DNA of 49,112 bases from a virus. Lineage: Duplodnaviria; Caudoviricetes. The notes beneath the pieces are model-generated. The model worked only from the letters and a program-made list of their open reading frames with translations, had not been told where the DNA came from and ran no database searches. Shown here piece by piece: positions 1-8,898 of this stretch. Numbering within the stretch: the first letter of the stretch is position 1; the number at the start of each line of letters is the position of its first letter. Position numbers and translations under genes: made by a program. The stretch lies in IMG/VR virus record IMGVR_UViG_3300015050_000653, positions 1-49,112 of that record; one strand, 5' to 3'.

Positions 1-123
1 CATTCCTCGCCCTTCTTAGGCGCGAGAGGATCGATCGGCTCGCTAGGCTGCACGTAGCTCGCCGTATACCCTGGCTTTAGCATGCCAGAGATGGCAGGCC
101 CGTTGTCGCGCTCCGCATTGAAC
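1..123. repeat. Direct terminal repeat, left copy (123 bp)
   Basis: Identical to 48990-49112 by direct reading; lies inside a coding sequence, so more likely a circular assembly overlap than a physical end. Confidence 0.95.
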
Positions 124-239
124 GGTTGGGGCGCAACAGTGGGGGCTTGCATCCACCTCGGCTTCGGAGCGGCTGGCTCAGAATCCTGTGCGTTGACTTG
201 TGGAGCTTGTGCCCAGCGAGGTTGAGGAGATGGAGACAT
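1..239 (-). CDS. 5' end of the giant ejection/internal virion protein (continues across the junction into 44399-49112)
   Basis: ATG at 239 overlaps the upstream TGA (TGATG); reads MSPSPQPRWAQAPQ... in frame into MLKPGYTASY, adding 52 aa. Confidence 0.85.
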   Translation of the reverse strand, partial: MSPSPQPRWAQAPQVNAQDSEPAAPKPRWMQAPTVAPQPFNAERDNGPAISGMLKPGYTASYVQPSEPIDPLAPKKGEE

Positions 240-1639
240 CAGGGCTTCACTCGCGGGATGCCGTCAGGGCCAACAAATTGCGCACCCGATGGCAACGCAT
301 CGAAATCATCATCGCCTTGGATCTGCACAGGCGCACTTTTGCCGCCCGGCCCCGATGGGCGGCCCATCATTCCCTCTAACTGCTGACGGCGCCTGACTTC
401 TGCTTTGCGACTATCCCCGATGTCGTTTTCAAGAGCCGTCTTGTAGCGCTGCAACTTCTCCTTGAAATCCTTCGCAGCAATTCTGGCTTCTGATTTGCTC
501 ATCGTGACAGTCATCAGGCGCGTCGCCGCTGCCGTAACTCGCGCGCCTTCAGCATCTGACAGGGAACCGCTTCCCTTCATGGCCTGGATGGAGTCAAGGA
601 ACGCGCTGCCGCCCAGCTGCTCCAGAATAGCCATTCCGTCCGCGCGATTTTGATCCCAAGCGACATTCCAGTTTAGGACATCGTCCTTCTTGCCTGTCGG
701 GTTTATCACGTTGCCGTAAGTGGCATCGAATTTTGCTTTAGCCTCTGGCGTGCTCTCGTCGGTAAACCGATTCACAAGCGCAAGGTTTTCGTTGATTGAC
801 GCGAGGCTGGACTTTCTGACCCTTTCTTTCTCGGTCAGTTCACGGTCGAGGTCGTCCAGCTTGAACTGGAAGTTAAGGGCCTGATTGGTTGTAAGGCCGT
901 TGCCAACGCCAACTCCCTTGGCCGGGAGCGGCGCTTGTCCGAGTGTGACCTTGTCGGTTGGGTCGGCGTCGTTGTACGCAATAACGCCGTCTCTGGTTGT
1001 GGCCGTGGTGTATTTGGCTTTATCGCCCTTCGCCAGCTTCACCCTGTCCGCAACGCTCATCGTCTGGTCTACGAACGCCTGAATTTCCTCGTCCGTGATC
1101 AGGCCGTCCGCGCCCGCGCGCTCGATTTGAGCCATAACTTGCGGGTTTGCATATGGCGAGTTTTGCAGCGCGGCGATGGCTTCCTGTGCGCGCTTTTCTG
1201 GTGCTACGTTCTTGAGCCCCATGGCGGTCTGGGCAAGGAAGTTCATGCCCTCGCCAAACTGCGCTTTCTGGTTGTCGTCCATACCGGCAAGCGTCTGGTC
1301 CATGTCCTGCATGGTCGCGAAGTCGCCTTGCTGGCCTGCCGCTTGGCTCACGGCTTCATAGCCCGCGCGACGATCAGGCGTCGGACCAGTCCCCATGCCG
1401 GTCTTCATCGCATCGGCGTAACTTTGGGTCCGGGCACGCGCTTTGCGCTGATCGTCCATCTGCCCATAGGCGTTGGCCTCGTCCACCATCCCGGCGCCCA
1501 TCAGGCCAGTGACCGCGCCTTCGACATTTCCCATGCCGTAAGCTTCGGTAGCCTTCATCCGCGCTTCGTCTTGGCGACGTGTCTTCGCCTGCTGCTGCCC
1601 GGCTTCAAGGCCCGTCTGGAACGCGCGGAACGTGCTCAT
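239..1639 (-). CDS. DNA ejection/internal virion protein (P22 gp20-like position)
   Basis: 466 aa, Ala/Gln-rich and helical; middle gene of three consecutive ejection-type genes; coupled stop/start on both sides. Confidence 0.6.
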   Translation of the reverse strand: MSTFRAFQTGLEAGQQQAKTRRQDEARMKATEAYGMGNVEGAVTGLMGAGMVDEANAYGQMDDQRKARARTQSYADAMKTGMGTGPTPDRRAGYEAVSQAAGQQGDFATMQDMDQTLAGMDDNQKAQFGEGMNFLAQTAMGLKNVAPEKRAQEAIAALQNSPYANPQVMAQIERAGADGLITDEEIQAFVDQTMSVADRVKLAKGDKAKYTTATTRDGVIAYNDADPTDKVTLGQAPLPAKGVGVGNGLTTNQALNFQFKLDDLDRELTEKERVRKSSLASINENLALVNRFTDESTPEAKAKFDATYGNVINPTGKKDDVLNWNVAWDQNRADGMAILEQLGGSAFLDSIQAMKGSGSLSDAEGARVTAAATRLMTVTMSKSEARIAAKDFKEKLQRYKTALENDIGDSRKAEVRRRQQLEGMMGRPSGPGGKSAPVQIQGDDDFDALPSGAQFVGPDGIPRVKP

Positions 1640-2661
1640 GAGATGCGGCTCCTGCCGAGACCACCAGAACGCGCACGCCCGCCACTGGATGGCCCAGAAC
1701 CGCCGTACATCGTGCTCGACCCGCCACCGCCGCCCATGGAGCCCATATTGCCCATGCCCCAGCCGATCCAGCTTGCGAGGTCGCCAACCGTGTTGGCCTG
1801 GTTCTGGCCCTTGTCCATCGCAAGCTGAGCCGCGTTCTGCCCGCCCTGCAGGGTGATGTTTGCGGCGTTGGTCGCGAACTGCTGCCCGCCAGATGCAATG
1901 CCAGTGTCGGCCGAATAACCCCGGCTCGTCACGTCACCCAGCGCGCCGTAATAGCCGCCGAAGTTGCGCAGCTTGGCTTCCTCGGAGACTTCCGCCATGC
2001 CGCGCGCCGTGCGTCCTGAAAGCGCTGCTCCCTGTGCGCCGGCAGAGGCAATGAAGTTGTCTCCAGCGTTCTTAGCCTCCATCGTGCCAATCTTGCCCCA
2101 CGGGCTGGCCTCGAAAGCCGCCCATGCCTGTTCCTGCGTCTCGGCAGGGGTTGCGGTAGGATCTGCGTTGGGCTGGCCCCCTCCGGTATTGGGAACCTCG
2201 CGACCGCCGTAGTTCTGCGCGTGCCATTGCCCATAGGCTGCCGGATCGCCGCCAAACATCGCTGCGACTTTGGGCTTGGAAAACTCCGCCATCAGGTCAG
2301 GATTGTTGCGGACATACGCCGCATAATCTGGCTGCGCTGAGCCCATCGCCCCGCTATACTGTCCACCCTGTGGCGGCAGGCCAAGGAAAGCGTTCTGGCG
2401 GCCCCGCGAGGCGTTGCCTTCAACCGAATACTTGCTGAGCACGTCGCGCGCCTGATCACGCGATTCACGCTGGAATTGCAGGGCCTGATCTTGCGATTTC
2501 TGCTGAGCGTTCCCGGCGTTCTTGATCGCCTTGGCGTTCTTGTTGCCAGAGTAGATGGCAGCGCCAGCGCCAACTGTCGCCGCGCCTATCGTTGCCGCAG
2601 CAGCGGGACCACCAACGGCGGCAATAGCCCCGCCAATCAATGCACTGGTAACGGCAACCAT
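1636..2661 (-). CDS. DNA ejection/pilot protein (P22 gp7-like)
   Basis: Hydrophobic Gly/Ala N-terminus followed by an Ala/Gln coiled coil and Gly-rich C-terminus, typical of the first ejection protein. Confidence 0.7.
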   Translation of the reverse strand: MVAVTSALIGGAIAAVGGPAAAATIGAATVGAGAAIYSGNKNAKAIKNAGNAQQKSQDQALQFQRESRDQARDVLSKYSVEGNASRGRQNAFLGLPPQGGQYSGAMGSAQPDYAAYVRNNPDLMAEFSKPKVAAMFGGDPAAYGQWHAQNYGGREVPNTGGGQPNADPTATPAETQEQAWAAFEASPWGKIGTMEAKNAGDNFIASAGAQGAALSGRTARGMAEVSEEAKLRNFGGYYGALGDVTSRGYSADTGIASGGQQFATNAANITLQGGQNAAQLAMDKGQNQANTVGDLASWIGWGMGNMGSMGGGGGSSTMYGGSGPSSGGRARSGGLGRSRIS

Positions 2662-3077
2662 CAGGCAGCCCTCATGAACGACAATTCAACCGGCGCGTAT
2701 CCCGCCCGGTCATAGATCGGAGACACGTCGCGCACGCCCATAATCATCACCATGTTGACAATCTGCGCGCCCTTGGATGCAGCCCAAGCCTCGAATGCTT
2801 TCATCAGGGAAAGCCCGTTTGATTCAGACCACCAGAACAGTTCGCTTGCGACAATGACGCCCGGCGAACACCACATCGCACCGAGAGCCCCGCCGATGAC
2901 GCCACGGTCATGCACAAGCAACGCTGCGTCCTCGCTCTCAATCATCCAGCGCAGCTTTGCCTCAACCGCGCCAAGGTCGCGCGGGAACTGGCTGGTGAGC
3001 GGATGATAGGACAGGAATTCCGCCGCATAGCCCATCAGGCGCGGCAGGTCGTCCAGGCTAGCCGGGCGAACAATCAC
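2661..3077 (-). CDS. GNAT-fold acetyltransferase-like virion assembly protein
   Basis: IVRPASLDDL start, ELFWW...GLSLMKAFEAWA, YDRAGY motif; position just before ejection genes is conserved in podoviruses. Confidence 0.75.
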   Translation of the reverse strand: MIVRPASLDDLPRLMGYAAEFLSYHPLTSQFPRDLGAVEAKLRWMIESEDAALLVHDRGVIGGALGAMWCSPGVIVASELFWWSESNGLSLMKAFEAWAASKGAQIVNMVMIMGVRDVSPIYDRAGYAPVELSFMRAA

Positions 3078-3262
3078 GTTAGATCAGCATAGCCCAGCCG
3101 TTCCGCCTTGGCCTTGCGCGGCGCGGGCGTGTCGTCCTCGTCCTCGGCCTTCTCGCGCTTGGCCTGCTTCTTCGCAGGCTTGGCCGCGCTGATACCCAGC
3201 TTCGTGCGCAGCGCCTTGCGCAGAACGCGAATGGATTCGTCCGTGATCTTCTGCTTGCTCAT
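3074..3262 (-). CDS. Small basic hypothetical protein
   Basis: Start reassigned to ATG 3262 (MSKQK...) with upstream GGAG; fills the operon gap. Confidence 0.5.
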   Translation of the reverse strand: MSKQKITDESIRVLRKALRTKLGISAAKPAKKQAKREKAEDEDDTPAPRKAKAERLGYADLT

Positions 3263-3266
3263 GGGG

Positions 3267-3938
3267 TCACTCCGTTGTGATGGCAAAGCGGACGCTGTGT
3301 CCGCGATCATAGTTCAGGACTTCATTGAGGTTGCCCGAGCCGCGCTCAAGGGCGGCGACCACAGGCGGCTTCTCGCCCACGCCGAGGCTCTGGCCCGTGC
3401 GCCCGCCGACAAGGTCCATCAGCGTGTCAAACCACTCCTGCGGGATATCCAGAATATCGCTCGTCAGGCTCACATCCTCGGGCACTCGCTCGTATGAGAT
3501 TCGCAGCGTTCCCGCCGCAACGGTCGCATCAGGAACAGGCCACAGATAAACCGTTGTGGATGTCCGCTGCCGATCGACGGCAAACACGGTCGGGCGTCCC
3601 GTGCTCGTCTTCACGGGGATGCGGTCATAATCGTCCATGTTCCACTGCTGAAGCTCGAGATCGAAGCCAGCAGTGTTGCGATAGTAGACGCGGTGGACAC
3701 GATCCGGCCTCGGGCTGCACGTCACATAGGCTTGCGCTGCCACCATGGCAGGCGTCTGCGTCGCCCGGCGCCACTCGCTCGGGCCTTGCGTCACCAGCAG
3801 CTTCAAAAGCCCGTTGATATGGCTCTTGGCTATCGTCCACTGATAAGCCGATGCAGTCTGGCCGTCCCCGAGGATCTGAACGCGCTTCAGGGCCTCATCA
3901 ACAAACTCGCCCGCCGTATAGGTGAGGGATATGCTCAT
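3267..3938 (-). CDS. Head-tail adaptor / tail tubular protein A-like
   Basis: TAGEFVDEALKR start, GRPTVFAVDR...VYLWPVPD and DIPQEW motifs typical of podovirus adaptors. Confidence 0.75.
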   Translation of the reverse strand: MSISLTYTAGEFVDEALKRVQILGDGQTASAYQWTIAKSHINGLLKLLVTQGPSEWRRATQTPAMVAAQAYVTCSPRPDRVHRVYYRNTAGFDLELQQWNMDDYDRIPVKTSTGRPTVFAVDRQRTSTTVYLWPVPDATVAAGTLRISYERVPEDVSLTSDILDIPQEWFDTLMDLVGGRTGQSLGVGEKPPVVAALERGSGNLNEVLNYDRGHSVRFAITTE

Positions 3939-4213
3939 GTCGGCGGCTCGTAGGTTGTCCCGTCGCGATACGCGAATTCCAGGTCAGCATCCGCCGCCTC
4001 TGGCTGCGTATCGGGCCGCGCACCCGGAAGCGGCGCACCCTCGCCAGGCCTCAGAACAGGCGTGGACAGGTGGACAGGTCGCGGGTCGTAACAGCTGTCA
4101 CAGACCCGCGAGTTAGACCATTCCGTCCGCAGCTCATCCAGCCTGACCTTTGAATAGCAACGGTCACAGACCGCGTAGGGCCTGCCCGGCTGGTATGAGC
4201 CATGCCACGTCAT
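3935..4213 (-). CDS. Small zinc-binding morphogenesis protein
   Basis: CDRC and CDSC pairs; start reassigned to ATG 4213, which overlaps the upstream stop (ATGA). Confidence 0.65.
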   Translation of the reverse strand: MTWHGSYQPGRPYAVCDRCYSKVRLDELRTEWSNSRVCDSCYDPRPVHLSTPVLRPGEGAPLPGARPDTQPEAADADLEFAYRDGTTYEPPT

Positions 4214-4599
4214 GTGTACTTCTTCACCATGTGGAGGATGATGGTGTAGGTGTCGCCGGCAGTGTGACCCAGCGTCGTGAACTGGATATCGCCAGTCACA
4301 CCGGCCCCAGCGTTGTTCTGGATGCCGCCGATATCGCACAGGTCAATATCGTCGGAGCGATCCGCCGGAAGCGCCATCAGTAGAACGTCTGCGGTTGCGT
4401 CCCAGAGCATGCTCACGCTCATGCCCGTCGTCGAGTAGATGACCCGATCTACCCGAACAGCGGTGGGCGAACCGGAGAGGGCCGAAACGTCCACTTTCGT
4501 GATCGCGCTCTCTCCGGTTCCATCCGATACGTTGGTGAATTTCATCACCGCGTTTCTCGGGCCGTCTACTAGCGTTTGGCTAGTTACAGCGTCAGCCAT
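4210..4599 (-). CDS. Putative virion structural protein
   Basis: 129 aa, beta-rich, within the head gene cluster. Confidence 0.55.
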   Translation of the reverse strand: MADAVTSQTLVDGPRNAVMKFTNVSDGTGESAITKVDVSALSGSPTAVRVDRVIYSTTGMSVSMLWDATADVLLMALPADRSDDIDLCDIGGIQNNAGAGVTGDIQFTTLGHTAGDTYTIILHMVKKYT

Positions 4600-4606
4600 G
4601 GGTCAC

Positions 4607-5302
4607 CTATCGTTCGCTGGCGCAGTAAATGTAATCAACGCTCAGGATTTTCGCGACCGCTTCACCGTTCTGAAGGCCGAACGAAATCGTCAGTTCTTCA
4701 TCGTCAGGCAGGTTGGTCGTCGCTAGCGAAGCGATCTCAACGCCGTCCTTGTAGAACTCGACCGCGTCCACGCCGTTGTAGTAGAAGCCGAGGACCGCAT
4801 AGGTGTCGTCAGACAGGGTCGAGGCCGCAGCGCTCGTGGTCGAGGTCGAGTCCTTCGTCACGTAGCAATCAAGGTTTGCGTCGCCGTCGTCCTTCATCAG
4901 GTAAACGCCGTCCGAGACAGCCAGGGGCGATGTGTCGGTGATCTGCAGGCCGATCACGAAATCTGATTGCGTGGCGTCGGAAATCTTGCAGCGCGCCTTG
5001 AACCACAGCTTTTTGCCAGCGACGAACTTGAACGTCTCTTTCGCCCACTGGAAGAAGTCGTTATCATTGTCGGCCGCGTCATTGGTGACGACCAGAATGC
5101 CGCCATCCAGATTGCCAACCGCCTCGGTAGCCGAGCCAGCGCCCGCCTCTGTCGTGGTCAGGGTCCAGTCGCCTGCCGTGTATTTGTCGAAGTCATCGAA
5201 CCAGACGTGCAGCGTCGTCGGGTCCAGTTGCGTAAGCATCCGCATGTGACCGGATGCAGCTGAGTTGGTAACACCTTGGGAATAACGGGTAGGAGTAGCC
5301 AC
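4607..5302 (-). CDS. Putative head decoration/structural protein (lectin-like beta sandwich)
   Basis: Directly after the capsid gene; acidic and Thr-rich; FDDF...WT and VEFYKDG motifs; GTG start. Confidence 0.55.
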   Translation of the reverse strand: MATPTRYSQGVTNSAASGHMRMLTQLDPTTLHVWFDDFDKYTAGDWTLTTTEAGAGSATEAVGNLDGGILVVTNDAADNDNDFFQWAKETFKFVAGKKLWFKARCKISDATQSDFVIGLQITDTSPLAVSDGVYLMKDDGDANLDCYVTKDSTSTTSAAASTLSDDTYAVLGFYYNGVDAVEFYKDGVEIASLATTNLPDDEELTISFGLQNGEAVAKILSVDYIYCASER

Positions 5303-5382
5303 TTGGGGCGCCTTTCTTGAAATGAAGGCGCCCGGTTGTTACCCCGAGCGCCCCGTCAGTGGTTGTCAGTGGTTGGTGGGCC

Positions 5383-6288
5383 TCAGACGCCCTGCACGCC
5401 CCACCCAGCGCGCCAATCGACCCAACCCGAGATGTAGCGCTCGGTGGCCTTGGCCTTGGCATTCTCGGTGTCCCAGTCGTTGTCTTGGTCCATTTCGAGC
5501 TTGCGGCGCTGAAGCGTAACGAAGCCTTCCGGCACGTTATCGACCATCAGGAACCACGCCTTCGCATCGGTGAGGTAATCCCACACCGAATAGCCGCCGC
5601 TCATCGACACCGACTTGTTGGCGTTGATGTCGTTGTTGGCGGTGCCGGGCTGTTTCTCCGACTTGAGCAGGCGCTCAGCGGTGTACTCCAGCTGCGGCGG
5701 AACGATCAGCTCCTTGGCGCGGAAGTACATCTTGAGGCCGCGCGAGTTGGTCATCAGGCGGATCGAGATGCGGTTGTCTTCCAGCGAGGCTTCCGACAGG
5801 TCAGCGTTGACGGAAGGCTTGTTGGCCTTGTTGCCGGCAATCGTCGGGTGAGCCGTCGAGAACAGGGCGGCGCCATCGCCGCCAGCGTAGGACGTCGAGA
5901 AGCCGTTGTTGAAGTGAGCCGCGTGAACGATCTCCTTCGACTGACCCATCGAATAGGCGAGGTTACGCGAGCGACGCGAGGCGCGGCTCTCGTATTGATT
6001 GTCCTCGATTTCTTCGCGTGACGCCATCCAGCCCAAGCCCCAGACCACGCTCGTGAGCCGGGTCTTGTAGCCTTCGCTGTCGGTGTCGAAGCGGATCGCC
6101 TGACCTTCGCCCTTGATGTCCGGCAGGCCGAACGTCGTCGATTCCACGAACTCTTCGTAAGCCTTGTCGGACGACTTGTCTTCGAAGTAGCGCGTGTGCT
6201 GCGTCGGCATCGACTTGTATGCCTTGCCGAAGTGAGCCTTGATCCCGGGCCAGAGGTCGGCCGGGTGAAGTGCACGAGTCATAACCAT
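5383..6288 (-). CDS. Major capsid protein (HK97 fold, Mu gpT-like)
   Basis: KGEGQAI, GDGAALFSTAHP, LIVPPQLE, NDIN and YLTDAKAWFL motifs; follows the scaffold genes. Confidence 0.9.
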   Translation of the reverse strand: MVMTRALHPADLWPGIKAHFGKAYKSMPTQHTRYFEDKSSDKAYEEFVESTTFGLPDIKGEGQAIRFDTDSEGYKTRLTSVVWGLGWMASREEIEDNQYESRASRRSRNLAYSMGQSKEIVHAAHFNNGFSTSYAGGDGAALFSTAHPTIAGNKANKPSVNADLSEASLEDNRISIRLMTNSRGLKMYFRAKELIVPPQLEYTAERLLKSEKQPGTANNDINANKSVSMSGGYSVWDYLTDAKAWFLMVDNVPEGFVTLQRRKLEMDQDNDWDTENAKAKATERYISGWVDWRAGWGVQGV

Positions 6289-6302
6289 GGTTCATGCCCT
6301 CC

Positions 6303-6884
6303 TTACAGGCCAGCCACAGCAGCAAGACGCCGCGTGTGGATGTTGATGCTGCAGATGTACTTCGCGTAGGCCGTGGCCGCCTCGTTATCGACGCGGGTCA
6401 CGATGTCGCGAATGGTCATCTGGTAGGTTGCGTCAGAGCCAGCCGAGCTGCTGTCGATCATCCAGCCCGACTTTTTCGTGTACGTATTGCCCGAGCCCGA
6501 CACCAAGTTGATGTTGAGGCCGATCGACGCCACCGCGATAGCGCCGCCGACCGCATCTTCCTGAAGTTCGAACAGAAGGTCCGGGGCGTCCGCAACGATC
6601 GGGTAGCGCAGCGTGGAAGCCGCGCCGTAACCGAGCGAGACGATGCCAGGAGTGGGTTCGAAGCCGATGATGAAGCCGGTGATCTGGTTTGTAGCGCCCG
6701 CCGTCGCGAGGGCGACAACCTGATGCCCGGAATCGCGCTCGCCAGTCACAACGACCGGGTCGCCGATATAGAGTGCAGTCGCGTAATCGGCCTTAGCCGT
6801 GTACGTGTTCGCCTGACCGTTGTAGGGAGCCCCGACCAAAGTGCCGATAGGGCGCCCACCAGTCGGCGCGTTAACGTTCGCCAT
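6303..6884 (-). CDS. Capsid cement/decoration protein
   Basis: MANVNAPTGGRP...LYIGDPV pattern; immediately upstream of the capsid gene. Confidence 0.6.
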   Translation of the reverse strand: MANVNAPTGGRPIGTLVGAPYNGQANTYTAKADYATALYIGDPVVVTGERDSGHQVVALATAGATNQITGFIIGFEPTPGIVSLGYGAASTLRYPIVADAPDLLFELQEDAVGGAIAVASIGLNINLVSGSGNTYTKKSGWMIDSSSAGSDATYQMTIRDIVTRVDNEAATAYAKYICSINIHTRRLAAVAGL

Positions 6885-6901
6885 TGTTTATCCTGTGGGG
6901 T

Positions 6902-7438
6902 TTAAGGGGTGTAGCTGCCCACCGACTTGGTCGGGGTCGCAGCGGCAATTGTGTTGTTCAGAGCGTAGCTCTTGCCCTCATCATCGGGCGTTTCCTGCGG
7001 GGCCTTCGCCGCGCCGCGTTTGAGAGCCTTCTCACGCTCCCGATATTCGGCAACCTTGGCGTCCTGATCCTCATCGAACCAAGGCTTCCACTTCTTCATC
7101 AGTCGGCCTTGCATCGCCTTGCCTTCGCGAGACGTGCCTACCAGTCGGGCCATCGGCAGCCCATTCATCTCGTCCGTGCTGACTTCTTCCCATTCCTGAG
7201 AGCGCAGCGACTCGATATTGCCGGTTTCCTCATTGCACCAGCGATAGGAGTAATTGTTGAGATCGAGGTTCGCGCCGGCAACCGTCAGGCGCTGCTCGTT
7301 CGTGTAATCGTTGCCCCCACGGGCCTTGCGCTCGGCGCGGCGGGCCGCAAGCTCAGCGTTCGGGCCATCGGTGCGGGCGCGGAGAGGCTTTCCTGCGGGC
7401 TTCTTGGGCTCGGCAGGCTTCACGGTTTCGTCGGTCAT
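6902..7438 (-). CDS. Conserved head-module hypothetical protein
   Basis: YSYRW...WEEV...LMKK pattern; lies between scaffold and capsid genes. Confidence 0.55.
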   Translation of the reverse strand: MTDETVKPAEPKKPAGKPLRARTDGPNAELAARRAERKARGGNDYTNEQRLTVAGANLDLNNYSYRWCNEETGNIESLRSQEWEEVSTDEMNGLPMARLVGTSREGKAMQGRLMKKWKPWFDEDQDAKVAEYREREKALKRGAAKAPQETPDDEGKSYALNNTIAAATPTKSVGSYTP

Positions 7439-7440
7439 GT

Positions 7441-8298
7441 TCAGGATTCCAGTTTGATGCGCTGCTCGGCGTACTCTTCGAGGGAGCCGAACAGGCCCTC
7501 CTTCACGAAGCGGGCGCCGATCTCACGTTGTGCGGGCGAAAGGCGAGAGGCGGCAGAGACGCCGCCACCCGATCCACGACCACCAGGGGAAAGCACGGGA
7601 ACGCGCTTGCCGTTCTTGGGCTTTTCCTCGGGCTCGTCGTCCATGTCCTCGTCCTCGTATCGATCCGGGTACGCTTTGCGCAGCGCCTTGTCGGCCTTCT
7701 CTAGTGCGTCAGCGAACGGGATGCCGCTGTCCACATAATCAAGCATGACGCGCATGGCATCGGGGTCTGCATCGTCGTCCAGAATCCAGGCATGGCCGTC
7801 GTTGTAGAACCGCTTTTGAACCTGTGGAAAAGACGGGGTGAAAGCCTCAACCCATTCGTCCTCATCCGCCTCTGGCTCATCCTCGGCTTCATCGATCTCG
7901 TTGGCCTCGGCAAGCTTGGCGTCGCGCTCGCGGATCAGCTTCTTTTCGCTGGCTTCGTCGCCCTTCTTGATCGCCTCGCGGATGTACCAGTCATATTCGG
8001 CGTGCATCTCCTCGATGGTTTTTGCACGCTCCTTGGCGGACTGCTCCTCCATGCGCTTGATGCGCCTGTCGGTGTCGCTCCGAAGCTTCTTCAGCTCCTT
8101 CTCAACGTTCTTGGCCCGTGTACGCTGGGAGCGGATGAACTCGGCCGCAGAGGCAAAGCCACCCTCGGGCGGGTCGCCCTTCCATTCGGTCTCAGGCTTC
8201 CAGCCTAATTCGCGGGCGACTGTTTCAAGGTCGTCGGCCTTGGCTTCTGGCGCGTCAGCAACCGGCGCCGGGGCTTCCTGCTCAAGCACGTCGCTCAT
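7441..8298 (-). CDS. Capsid scaffolding protein
   Basis: Acidic coiled coil; ARELGWKP N-terminal motif; C-terminal LSPAQR...SLEEYA helix pair. Confidence 0.75.
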   Translation of the reverse strand: MSDVLEQEAPAPVADAPEAKADDLETVARELGWKPETEWKGDPPEGGFASAAEFIRSQRTRAKNVEKELKKLRSDTDRRIKRMEEQSAKERAKTIEEMHAEYDWYIREAIKKGDEASEKKLIRERDAKLAEANEIDEAEDEPEADEDEWVEAFTPSFPQVQKRFYNDGHAWILDDDADPDAMRVMLDYVDSGIPFADALEKADKALRKAYPDRYEDEDMDDEPEEKPKNGKRVPVLSPGGRGSGGGVSAASRLSPAQREIGARFVKEGLFGSLEEYAEQRIKLES

Positions 8299-8672
8299 GC
8301 CGCCACCTTGGCAGAGTTCGCATCGGCTGTTCGTTCGCCAGTGACTTCCTTGTCCTTCATGATCCGGTACAAGCGGCCATCAGCGCCAACATAGGTCTTG
8401 CCGGCGTAACGAGCGAACGTGACGCGCGCACCGATCTCCGGCGCCTCGCCAAGCTCCTCAAACGCTTGGATGGACTTAGCCACCAGCATTCCTTCGTCTG
8501 TGCCCTCTTCCTCGCGCTCCTTGGAGCCTTGCGGGATGAAGACCGAACCTTGCTTCTCCGCGATCTTGCGGACCAGCACGACAACGTTGAACTCGTAAGG
8601 CTTAAGCCCCGGGTTCAGCGCCTCCATCGGAGGATACGGTTCGAAGTTCAGGGTGTAGTGAAGAGAGGACAT
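8295..8672 (-). CDS. groES: GroES-like co-chaperonin
   Basis: LKP..NVVVL, GSVFIP loop, G.LVA, IGARVTFARYAG and YRIMKDKEV match the Cpn10 pattern. Confidence 0.8.
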   Translation of the reverse strand: MSSLHYTLNFEPYPPMEALNPGLKPYEFNVVVLVRKIAEKQGSVFIPQGSKEREEEGTDEGMLVAKSIQAFEELGEAPEIGARVTFARYAGKTYVGADGRLYRIMKDKEVTGERTADANSAKVAA

Positions 8673-8898
8673 CTGTTCCCTTTCTATGGATCACGTCATC
8701 AAGCGTTCGCGCCTGAATTCTTAGTTGGCGTAACTGGTCAGGCGGTGGGTCTGCTTCCGATTCCCATACCGCCCGCGTCCAGTCCGCCTGTAATGCCTTC
8801 TGCTCGCTCAGCAGCGAGTTGAAGAACGCCTCCGTCACCGGAAGCGTCCGCCAGGCTTCGAACTCATCCAGCCATTCCGCGCGCTGTTGTGGGGTCAT
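8602..8898 (-). CDS. Hypothetical protein
   Basis: EFEAWRTLPVTEAFF motif; ATGA-coupled to the upstream gene. Confidence 0.6.
   Translation of the reverse strand: MTPQQRAEWLDEFEAWRTLPVTEAFFNSLLSEQKALQADWTRAVWESEADPPPDQLRQLRIQARTLDDVIHRKGTDVLSSLHPELRTVSSDGGAEPGA

Noticed and set aside
1-123. Physical T7-like terminal repeat
   Set aside because: It falls mid-gene, far from the terminase genes; assembly overlap is more likely but needs read data.
5193-5462. Capsid C-terminal extension by readthrough or frameshift into the next gene
   Set aside because: Stops follow in both the capsid frame and the downstream gene's frame; no slippery site seen.
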